Source: Myxococcota bacterium
GTDB taxonomy: Bacteria > Myxococcota_A > UBA796 > CAJQPC01
Direction of reading: 5' to 3'
Length of the DNA stretch: 64,000 bases
Assembly (NCBI GenBank): GCA_023150775.1
Contig: JAKLKE010000005.1
Location: 608-64,607 of the forward strand
Part shown: piece after piece, positions 27,693 through 34,952 of the stretch
Numbering within the stretch: position 1 is the stretch's first letter
Layout: each line of letters starts with the position of its first letter
The notes under the pieces: model-generated
Database searches by the model: none
What the model saw: only the letters and a program-made list of their open reading frames with translations
Told to the model about the DNA's origin: nothing
Made by a program: the position numbers and the translations under genes

Positions 27693-28708
27693 GCCAACCT
27701 CACCTCACCCGCTGCGCCGTCTTGGGCGCGGGCTCTTGGGGCACGGCCCTCGCGATGCAGCTCGGGCGCTGCGGCCACGAGGTCTGGCTCTGGGACCACC
27801 GCGCCGACCGCGCCGCCGAGGCCCAGGCCGCCCGGCAGAACCGCCGTTACCTCCCCGGCCGCGCCTTCCCCGACACGCTCACCGTCACCGGGGACATGGA
27901 CTCCGCCTTGGACGACGCCGAGCTCGTCGTCACCGTGGTGCCGTCCCACACCATGCGCTCGGTGATGGCCGCCGCCGCCCCGGCGCTCTCCCCCCGGGCC
28001 ATCGTCTGCTGCGCCTCCAAAGGCATCGAGGAGCAGACGGTCTGCACCATGGACGAGGTGCTGCAGTCGGTCTTGCCCGAGGCGCTGCACGGCCGCATCT
28101 GCGCGCTCTCGGGGCCGAGCTTCGCCGCTGAAGTCGCCAACGACCTCCCCACCGCCGTCGTCGTCGCCGGTCGGGATGACCTCGCCACCCACCGCGTCGC
28201 CGCCGCCTTTCATGGCAGCAACTTCCGGGTCTACACCTCCGACGACCTCATCGGCGTGGAGATCGGCGGCGCGCTCAAGAACGTCATGGCCATCGCCTGC
28301 GGCGTGGCCGACGGCATGGGCCTGGGCCAGAACGCCCGGGCGGGCATCATCACCCGGGGCCTCGCCGAGATCACCCGCCTCGCCGTCTCTCGCGGCGCGA
28401 ACCCGCTCACCTTGGCCGGCCTCGCGGGCATGGGGGACTTGGTGTTGACCTGCACCGGCGACCTCTCCCGAAACCGCCGCGTCGGCATCGCGCTTGGCCA
28501 AGGCCGCACGCTGGAGGCCGTGCTCACTGAGCTGGGTCAGGTCGCTGAGGGTGTGATCACCGCGCGGTCTGCCCGGCAGCTCGGCGAACGTTTAGGCGTA
28601 GAGCTGCCGATCACTGAAGAGATCTACAACATCCTCTACGCGGGCAAACCGTCCGCCCAGGCGATGATGGATCTGCTCGGGCGGCGCCGGAAGGCCGAGC
28701 GCGACTAA
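27689..28708 (+). CDS. gpsA: NAD(P)H-dependent glycerol-3-phosphate dehydrogenase
   Basis: The ATG overlaps the AAA stop (ATGA at 27689-27692). AVLGAGSWGTALAMQL Rossmann motif. GIE..T, GALKNVMAIACG and GDLVLTCTGDLSRNRRVG motifs. Confidence 0.93.
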   Translation: MSQPHLTRCAVLGAGSWGTALAMQLGRCGHEVWLWDHRADRAAEAQAARQNRRYLPGRAFPDTLTVTGDMDSALDDAELVVTVVPSHTMRSVMAAAAPALSPRAIVCCASKGIEEQTVCTMDEVLQSVLPEALHGRICALSGPSFAAEVANDLPTAVVVAGRDDLATHRVAAAFHGSNFRVYTSDDLIGVEIGGALKNVMAIACGVADGMGLGQNARAGIITRGLAEITRLAVSRGANPLTLAGLAGMGDLVLTCTGDLSRNRRVGIALGQGRTLEAVLTELGQVAEGVITARSARQLGERLGVELPITEEIYNILYAGKPSAQAMMDLLGRRRKAERD

Positions 28709-28748
28709 TCCGTTCACACGACGCGCAGGACGCGCGGCAGGAGGGAAG

Positions 28749-29276
28749 GTGCAGATCATGGACGATCGGCTGGATGAGGTGGCGCGAAACCTACGCGCCA
28801 ACCCGATCTTCAAGAGCATGGGCGCCGTGGAGGCCGTGAGCGTGCTCAAGGCGGGCACGACGATGGCCTGCGGCGAGGGCGAGGTGCTCTTCGCCGAGGG
28901 TGACCCCTGCGATGGCTTCTATGTCGTGTTGACCGGGCGTTTTGGGGTGATGGGCGTGCGCGACGGCGAGCCCTTGGCCTTGGCGATCATCGGCCCCGGC
29001 GAGTGCATCGGCGAGATGAGCCTCACCCGGGCCACGCCGCGCTCGGCCACGGTGCGGGCGCTCTCCAACTCCACGGTGTGGCACCTCGCGGGCAGCGTGT
29101 TCGAGACGCTCATCGCCCAGGGCGACACCCGGGCCACCCACATCCTCCAGGGCCTCCAGGTGGAGATCTGCCGTCGTTTTCGCGACGAGCTGATCGTCGG
29201 CGCCGAGCTCGCCGCCCGGGCCTCGGCGGTGGATGAAGGTCGCCTGCTCGTCGAGAGCCTTGGCTGGGAGGTCTGA
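28749..29276 (+). CDS. Stand-alone cyclic-nucleotide-binding (CAP/CNB) domain protein
   Basis: ANPIFKSMGAVEAVSVLKAG..CGEGEVLFAEGDPCDGFYVVLTGRF...GPGECIGEMSL..ATPRSATVRAL is a typical cNMP-binding beta-roll with the phosphate-binding cassette (GE.S....PRSATV). The start is GTG 28749 or ATG 28758. Confidence 0.82.
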   Translation: MQIMDDRLDEVARNLRANPIFKSMGAVEAVSVLKAGTTMACGEGEVLFAEGDPCDGFYVVLTGRFGVMGVRDGEPLALAIIGPGECIGEMSLTRATPRSATVRALSNSTVWHLAGSVFETLIAQGDTRATHILQGLQVEICRRFRDELIVGAELAARASAVDEGRLLVESLGWEV

Positions 29277-29277
29277 G

Positions 29278-29754
29278 ATGATTCACCCCCGTGAGCTCGA
29301 CAACGTCTCCTGCCTCGCCCTGCTCTCCGTCGAGGAGCGCGCCGCCCTGGCCCTGCGCATGATCGAGATCCCCGTCTTGCCCGGCCAAGACATCCTTCGC
29401 GAGGGCAGCCCCAGCTCGGCGGCCTTCGTGCTGCTCGAAGGCCAGCTCTCCGTGCGTAAACGCCTCGTCGTGAACGAGCAGCCCTACGAGCTCCCCGGCA
29501 TCTTGCCCGTGGGCGAGTGGTTCGGCCTCGTCTCCGTGCTCGACGGCTCCCCGGCGAGCGCCCGGGTGCGCGCGGTCACCGCCGCCCGCCTGGGCGCCAT
29601 CGGCAAAGAAGACTTCGAGGCGCTCATCCGCTCCGGCGACCCCGTGGGCCCCAAGCTGCTGCGCGCCTGGCTCAGCTCCATCGCCGACCAGCTCCAGCGG
29701 GTGAACGAGTCCGTGCTCATGCTGCGCCTGTTCTTGGAGCAGAACAAGCTCTGA
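29278..29754 (+). CDS. Second stand-alone cyclic-nucleotide-binding-like domain protein
   Basis: The ATG at 29278 lies 1 nt after the previous stop. LDNVSCLALLSVEERAALALRM..LPGQDILREGSPSSAAFVLLEGQLSV...GEWFGLVSVLDGSPASARVRAV is CNB-like, but the phosphate-binding cassette is degenerate (no PRSA; SPASARV instead). Confidence 0.72.
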   Translation: MIHPRELDNVSCLALLSVEERAALALRMIEIPVLPGQDILREGSPSSAAFVLLEGQLSVRKRLVVNEQPYELPGILPVGEWFGLVSVLDGSPASARVRAVTAARLGAIGKEDFEALIRSGDPVGPKLLRAWLSSIADQLQRVNESVLMLRLFLEQNKL

Positions 29755-29787
29755 GCGACCCGCCCAAGAACCCGTTAGAGGCCCGGC

Positions 29788-30645
29788 ATGGCGATCCCCA
29801 ACGAGACGACCCTCCGCAAGCAGATGATCCAGTTCGGCCGACTGTGCTACGAGCGGCACCTGCTCGTGGCCATGGACGGCAACCTCAGCGCGCGCCTGCC
29901 CGACGGCAACATCCTCTGCACCCAAGCCGGCTGTCACAAGGGCTTCTTGGAGGACGAGCACCTCGTCGTCATCGACCGCCAAGGCAAGAAGCTGCGGGGC
30001 AAAGGCAAACCCACGAGCGAGATGGCCATGCACCTCGCCTGCTACGACGAGCGCCCCGACTGCCTCGCCGTGGTGCACGCCCACCCGCCCATCGCCATCG
30101 CCTTCACCATCGCCAACGTGAGCATGGCCCGCTGTGTTCTGCCCGAGGTCGTGTTGACCTTAGGCACCGTGCCCACCGTCGAGTACGAGACCACCGGCAC
30201 CCAGACCCTCGCGAACCGCATCCGCCCCTACGTTCGCACCCACGACGCCATCCTCATGGACCGCCACGGCGCCGTGTGCCTGGGCACCGACCTGATGGAG
30301 GCGTTCTGCCGTCTGGAGACCTTGGAGCACACCGCGCTCATCACGAAGACCGCCCGTGACCTGGGCGGCGTGAAGGAGCTGCCCCCGGAGGAGGCCGTCA
30401 AGCTGCGGTCCTTGGGGCTCAAGCGGTATGGCGGGCCGCCCCTCTCCGTGTCCAAAGCGGACGCGCCGGGGGCGGACTTGCCTGAGGCGTGTTTGACGTG
30501 CTCGGGCTGTGGGAACCCGAGCCCTCAGGGGATCGCGCCCAAGTCGGAGATGAAGTTGGCGCGGCTGGTGGAGACGCAGGCCGGGCAGACGACGCGGCTG
30601 GAGCAGATCATCGCGGAGGAGATTGGGCGGGCCTTGGGGCGGTGA
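29788..30645 (+). CDS. Class II aldolase/adducin-family protein with ~70-aa C-terminal extension
   Basis: FGRLCYERHLLVAMDGNLSARL..., GKPTSEMAMHLACY and AVVHAHPP (metal-binding His cluster) are typical of fuculose-1-phosphate aldolase-like enzymes. The extension contains CLTCSGCGN and a terminal amphipathic helix RLEQIIAEEIGRAL. Confidence 0.85.
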   Translation: MAIPNETTLRKQMIQFGRLCYERHLLVAMDGNLSARLPDGNILCTQAGCHKGFLEDEHLVVIDRQGKKLRGKGKPTSEMAMHLACYDERPDCLAVVHAHPPIAIAFTIANVSMARCVLPEVVLTLGTVPTVEYETTGTQTLANRIRPYVRTHDAILMDRHGAVCLGTDLMEAFCRLETLEHTALITKTARDLGGVKELPPEEAVKLRSLGLKRYGGPPLSVSKADAPGADLPEACLTCSGCGNPSPQGIAPKSEMKLARLVETQAGQTTRLEQIIAEEIGRALGR

Positions 30646-30805
30646 CGGCGCAACGCCGCACAGATGAGCTTCACCCCCGCAGGCGTCTCAGGGCGACAGG
30701 GCGCGAGTCTTGGCGCCTGCGCGCTCACCGAGGACGACGGCGCGTTTGAGCGGGGCAGAGCTTAATCGTGGAGAGGCTGCCAACCTGAGATTGGAGCATC
30801 GGCCT

Positions 30806-31363
30806 ATGGAGACCCTGATCCCTCCTGAGCGTCTTGAGACCCCGACCTTTGTGCTGAGGTCTTACCAGCTGGGCGACGGGCCGCTGCTCGCCGCGGCCAC
30901 AAACGCCTCCTATGAGCACCTGCGCACGTTTATGCGCTGGTCGCGCCCCCACACCACAGAGGCCGAGGCCGAGGTACACGCCCGGCACTTTCGCGGCCGC
31001 TGGCTTCTATCCCAAGACTTCAGCGTGGCGATCGTGTCCCCCGATGGCCAGCGGCTCTTGGGGAGCACGGGCTTTCACCCCCGCTCAGGCGGCCTTGAGA
31101 CGCGTCGTGTGGAGGTGGGCATGTGGATTCGCGCCGACGAGGCGGGGCGGGGTCTCGGCGCCGAGGTGCTGCGGGTGATGCTGCGGTGGGGCTTCAGCGA
31201 CTGGCCTTGGGAGGAGCTGATCTGGCGGACGGCGCCGGAGAACGTGGCCAGCCAGCGCACCGCGCGGCGCGTCGGCCTGGTGGAGCACGAGACCCCAGAC
31301 CCAGATGGGATGCGGCGGTTTCATCTGTCGCGGGGCGCCTTTGGGGGAGGCGCTGTCGGGTGA
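30806..31363 (+). CDS. GNAT-family N-acetyltransferase (RimJ/RimL-like)
   Basis: Start at METLIPPERLETPTFVLRSY. VEVGMWIRADEAGRGLGAEVLRVMLRWGF (motif A, R-x-x-G-x-G). APENVASQRTARRVGL. Confidence 0.8.
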   Translation: METLIPPERLETPTFVLRSYQLGDGPLLAAATNASYEHLRTFMRWSRPHTTEAEAEVHARHFRGRWLLSQDFSVAIVSPDGQRLLGSTGFHPRSGGLETRRVEVGMWIRADEAGRGLGAEVLRVMLRWGFSDWPWEELIWRTAPENVASQRTARRVGLVEHETPDPDGMRRFHLSRGAFGGGAVG

Positions 31364-31364
31364 G

Positions 31365-31559
31365 GCGCCGAGCTGCGGTGGGCCGCCCCACGCGCTGCAA
31401 TTGGAGCTGCGGGTGCAGGCGGCGCGGGCGGCCTTGGCCCGGGGGGCCGCCGGGGCCGAGCTCGCCACGGAGCTGGGCTTCTTTGACCAGAGCCACTTCA
31501 GCCGGCACTTCAAACGGATCGTCGGGGTGACGCCGAGCCAGTACGCCCAGGCCTGCTGA
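31365..31559 (+). pseudogene. Remnant of an AraC/XylS-family transcriptional regulator (C-terminal HTH only)
   Basis: The translated fragment ...GGPPHALQLELRVQAARAALARGAAGAELATELGFFDQSHFSRHFKRIVGVTPSQYAQ matches only the end of HTH1, the linker helix and HTH2 of AraC-type DNA-binding domains. No sensor domain or HTH1 lies upstream. It abuts the GNAT 3' end. Confidence 0.55.
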
Positions 31560-31653
31560 GCGCAAAGCGAAGGTTCAGGACGTACAAGACGCCGGGCGGG
31601 GCCCGGGGGCAGAGTGGGCGCGACGACACGCCCCGCTCCCACCCGATCCCCCG

Positions 31654-32376
31654 ATGCCCGCCGTGAAGCCCGACCTGTACCTCTTCGGCTCGACCAGCGA
31701 GATCCTGCGCCAGCTCGTGCGTGAGCACCGCGACTGGATTCAGGCGAACACCCGCCGCGTCATCGTCTCCCAGCGCGGCGAGGTGCCCGCGGAGTACGAC
31801 GGCCTGATCTACGCCTCCGTCCCCCTGGACTGCGCCGAGCCCCGGGCTCTCCGCCAAGGGCTCACAAAGCTCATCGCCGAGCATGTGGAGCCCGGGCACC
31901 CGAACCTCGTGATGTCCACCTACGGCAAGCTCTCCTGGGATTACGCGCCCAAGAGCCCCTGCTTCCGGTTCAGCGACGAGGGATACCAGGTGAACCTCGT
32001 CTCGCGGCTGCAGCTCCTCGACGCCTTCAGGCCCCACGCCGCGACGACGCGGTTTCACCTGTTCGGCTCGTTGTTCGCCAACTTCCCGTACTTGGGGGAC
32101 TACGCCCTGAGCATGTGGGCGGTGAACCAGCTCCCCCTGAGCCCGGAGTACCGCGACTTAAACCTCATCGTCACGAACATTGGCGGGTGCAAGACGCGGT
32201 TCTGGGACCATACGTCGATGGGCACGAGCCACCCGTTTATGCACCAGGAGGTGCCGACGACGGCGCTGTTTGAGGCGGTGTTTCTGTCGGAGCAGCGTGG
32301 GGTGGTGACGTTTTATCCGTCGGTCGGCGCGCGGATTGGGTGCGCGCTGGGGCGGATGGGGGTGCGGGTGTTGTGA
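31654..32376 (+). CDS. Rossmann/SDR-like hypothetical protein with non-canonical motifs
   Basis: 240 aa. LYLFGSTSEILRQLV sits where TGxxxGIG is expected. GDYALSMWAVNQL sits where YxxxK is expected (K replaced by M). NIGGCKTRFW resembles the PG..T segment. The 3' third is strikingly G-rich. Confidence 0.55.
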   Translation: MPAVKPDLYLFGSTSEILRQLVREHRDWIQANTRRVIVSQRGEVPAEYDGLIYASVPLDCAEPRALRQGLTKLIAEHVEPGHPNLVMSTYGKLSWDYAPKSPCFRFSDEGYQVNLVSRLQLLDAFRPHAATTRFHLFGSLFANFPYLGDYALSMWAVNQLPLSPEYRDLNLIVTNIGGCKTRFWDHTSMGTSHPFMHQEVPTTALFEAVFLSEQRGVVTFYPSVGARIGCALGRMGVRVL

Positions 32377-32434
32377 GGGGCGGTGGCGGGTGGTTTATGC
32401 TCTGCGCTGTGTGACCCCTCGCCCACCGCCCAGG

Positions 32435-33196
32435 ATGGCCCCGATGTTTGCTTACCCCGCGAGCCCGAGCTCCGAGCAGCTCCATGACCTACAAGCCCGG
32501 CTCGGCGTGACCTTCCACGACGAGGCGCTGCTCCTCCAGGCGCTCACGCATCGGTCTTGGGTTGAGGAGGCCGCCCGGGGTGGCCTCGCGTTGGCCCACC
32601 AGTCTTACGGGCGCCTCGCGTTCTTGGGGGACGCGAAGCTGGGAGAGGTCGTCGCGCGGACCTTGTTCGCGGCGCACCCAACGGCGTTGGAGGGGGGCCT
32701 CACCCGCGCCGCTGAAGTGTTTAAGTGTGAGGGCTGGCTCATCGCGAAGGGTAAGGAGCTGGGCCTCGGTGACCTGATGCGGGTGGGGCGCGGCGCAGAG
32801 GTGAACCTCCAAGGCCACTACAAGGTGATCGAGCACTCCATGGAGGCGGTGCTGGGCGCCTTGGTCGCCGATGGACAGGGCGACGCCGTGGAGCGCATCG
32901 TGGCCGGCTGGATCAACAACCACACGTCGCTGCTTCATTACATGCAATCCACCGACAACTGCTCCAACCCCGTCGGCGCGTTCAACGAGCTCTACCAGCG
33001 GCTCAAGCGCATAAGCGCCCCGGCGCCAGAAGCGTGGTCCGAGGGGACTCCTCAGGACCTGAGCTGGCATGTGCGCATTGATCTGACGGACATCGGCCTC
33101 GGCGTGTATCTCGGCGCAGGCAGAAGCAAGAAGCGAGCAAAGTTCGAAGCGCTCAGCGCGGCCTACCCAGACGCTGTCGCACATGGCCTCCTCTAA
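32435..33196 (+). CDS. RNase III homolog (RNase III domain + dsRBD-like C-terminus) with substituted catalytic residues
   Basis: LQARLGVTFHDEALLLQALTHRSW, then GRLAFLGDAKL (signature ERLEFLGD with both Glu replaced), IEHSMEAVLGAL (the D of DxxEA replaced by H), and a C-terminal NPVGAFNELYQRL...GAGRSKKRAKFEALSAAY dsRBD-like motif. Collinear with E. coli Rnc. Confidence 0.8.
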   Translation: MAPMFAYPASPSSEQLHDLQARLGVTFHDEALLLQALTHRSWVEEAARGGLALAHQSYGRLAFLGDAKLGEVVARTLFAAHPTALEGGLTRAAEVFKCEGWLIAKGKELGLGDLMRVGRGAEVNLQGHYKVIEHSMEAVLGALVADGQGDAVERIVAGWINNHTSLLHYMQSTDNCSNPVGAFNELYQRLKRISAPAPEAWSEGTPQDLSWHVRIDLTDIGLGVYLGAGRSKKRAKFEALSAAYPDAVAHGLL

Positions 33197-33269
33197 GGGG
33201 TCGCCCCCCTCACCTCCCGCTTGTGTCCCCCTTCCCCCTGGGTTACGGCCCCGCCCCGAGAGGTGCTGT

Positions 33270-34406
33270 GTGACCCCAGACTGGAGCCTGCTCGCGCCCC
33301 ACCGGCCCGTCGATTCCGGCGGGGATCAGTATGTGCCGCCCCCCTCCAACATCGGCGAGGCCATGGCGCGGTGGGCGCTCGCCTCGGGCGCGCCCGTGCT
33401 CGTCGGCGGGCCCACGGGCGTCGGCAAGAGCACCGAGCTGGCCCAGGCCGCCGCGCAGCTTCAGTCAGATCGCGCCGTCTGCCTGATTCAGCTTGACCGG
33501 CTGGAGAACATGCGGCGGCTGGAGCCTGAGCGGATGCTCAGCCGGGTGGCGCAGCTCGTCGGGCAGCCGCGTGGTGGCGCGGGTCAAGGCGTGAGCGTGT
33601 CCGACGTCGCAAAGGGGGTCGCCGCGCTTGGCAGCGCGCTCACCATTGCGTCGGCTGTAGGCGCGGCGGCGCACGTCCTCGCCAGCTTAGACACCCAGCT
33701 CCCTCCCGCCGACGCCGCCCTCTCCTCCGTCCGCGCCCTGGCCCGCCTCACCGGGCGCCGCGTCGCCCTGCTCATCGACGGCTTAGAGAAGGTGCCCGAC
33801 GGCGCCCAGGCGCGGGCGCTGTTTGACGTGCTGCGGCCTCTGGCGGAGGAGGCTGATCTGATCGCCGTCGCCCCCTGGAGCCTCGCCTTTGGCGCCGAGG
33901 CGAACGAGCCCTTGGTGAGGCAAGGCGAACGATTCTTCTTTGTGCGGGCCCCCGAGGTGGAGCCCGTCGAGACCGCGCCGGGGCTGCCCTTCCTCCTCCA
34001 TCTCTTGGAGCGACGCCTCCAGATCGGCGACATGCGGCGCCAGACCCCCGCGGGCTTTGGCCCGATCTTCCGAGACGCCGCCGTGGCCAGCGGCGGGCTG
34101 CCCCGCGTGTTCTTGCAGCTCATCGCCGACTGCGCCACCTACGCGCGCTTGCACCGAGACGCCGACTGGCCCGAGCTCTCCGATCTTGAAGACGCCATGG
34201 CCGACCAACGCGACGGGATGCGGCGCGGGCTCTTGCCCAAAGACCTCAAGCTCATCCAGTGGGTAGACGGCACCCCAGGGTTGGACCTGGCGATCGACGC
34301 CAAGGTGCGGCTCTTGGCGCATGGCCTCTTGCTGGAGCGCGTGACGCCAGCGGGTGTTGTGCTGCGGCCTCACCCCCTGCTGCGCCCCCTCTTGCGCGAG
34401 GCTTGA
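33270..34406 (+). CDS. P-loop NTPase, ORC/Cdc6- or STAND-like ATPase with C-terminal helical/winged-helix-like region
   Basis: Walker A LVGGPTGVGKSTEL. Walker B-like RVALLIDGLEKV. SGGLPRVFLQLI lid-like motif. The GTG at 33270 is preceded by GAGAGG; the alternative ATG at 33183 overlaps the RNase III-like gene by 14 nt, but its first 29 codons have poor GC3. Confidence 0.7.
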   Translation: MTPDWSLLAPHRPVDSGGDQYVPPPSNIGEAMARWALASGAPVLVGGPTGVGKSTELAQAAAQLQSDRAVCLIQLDRLENMRRLEPERMLSRVAQLVGQPRGGAGQGVSVSDVAKGVAALGSALTIASAVGAAAHVLASLDTQLPPADAALSSVRALARLTGRRVALLIDGLEKVPDGAQARALFDVLRPLAEEADLIAVAPWSLAFGAEANEPLVRQGERFFFVRAPEVEPVETAPGLPFLLHLLERRLQIGDMRRQTPAGFGPIFRDAAVASGGLPRVFLQLIADCATYARLHRDADWPELSDLEDAMADQRDGMRRGLLPKDLKLIQWVDGTPGLDLAIDAKVRLLAHGLLLERVTPAGVVLRPHPLLRPLLREA

Positions 34407-34409
34407 GTC

Positions 34410-34952
34410 ATGCGGGACAGCGTGAACGCCATCTGGAGCGCGCTCCAGCAGCCCCCGCTCGTCGTCGTGCTCTACGACGATTATGGACTCCTGGAGAGCG
34501 CCCAGGAGGAGGTGGCCTCGATCGCGAACCCGAGCTGGCCTGTGCGCCGGGTCTCTACGGTTGAGGACGCCCTGAGCACCTCCGCCGACACCTTGGCGCT
34601 CTTGGCGCCGGTCGACGAGGTGGCCACCATCGAGGAGCTGGACGGCGGACGAGATCGTTTTGTGGAGCGCGCCGTGCCCGTGGTCGTGTTCTTACTGCGC
34701 GGGGGCGCTGGAGAGCGCGCCTTGACCCAAGCGCCGAGCCTGCTGAGCTGGGTGCGCGGCAACCTGATCGATCCCAGCGCGCAAGACCCCTTCGACCCCG
34801 ACGCCGCTCGCGAAGAGTTCATCCGCCACGCGGGCCGCACGCCTGAGGAGTGGCTAATGATGCGGCGCCGCGGGGAGCTCGACGGATCGCCTGAGTCTCT
34901 CGGCCTCACCTACCGCGCCTTGTTGTTGGAAGGGCCTGATGATCTGGCGTGA
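34410..34952 (+). CDS. Hypothetical protein (alpha/beta pattern), operon member
   Basis: 180 aa. The ATG lies 3 nt after the upstream stop. Alternating hydrophobic strands (LVVVLY, TLALLAP, VPVVVFLL) and helices. Clear coding periodicity. No family recognised. Confidence 0.6.
   Translation: MRDSVNAIWSALQQPPLVVVLYDDYGLLESAQEEVASIANPSWPVRRVSTVEDALSTSADTLALLAPVDEVATIEELDGGRDRFVERAVPVVVFLLRGGAGERALTQAPSLLSWVRGNLIDPSAQDPFDPDAAREEFIRHAGRTPEEWLMMRRRGELDGSPESLGLTYRALLLEGPDDLA

Noticed and set aside
29788-30645. Calling the aldolase locus a bacterial microcompartment locus
   Set aside because: No BMC shell-protein-like ORF (short ~90-aa BMC-H or pentamer proteins) exists anywhere in the window. Only the cargo-like C-terminal helix is reported, as a hypothesis.
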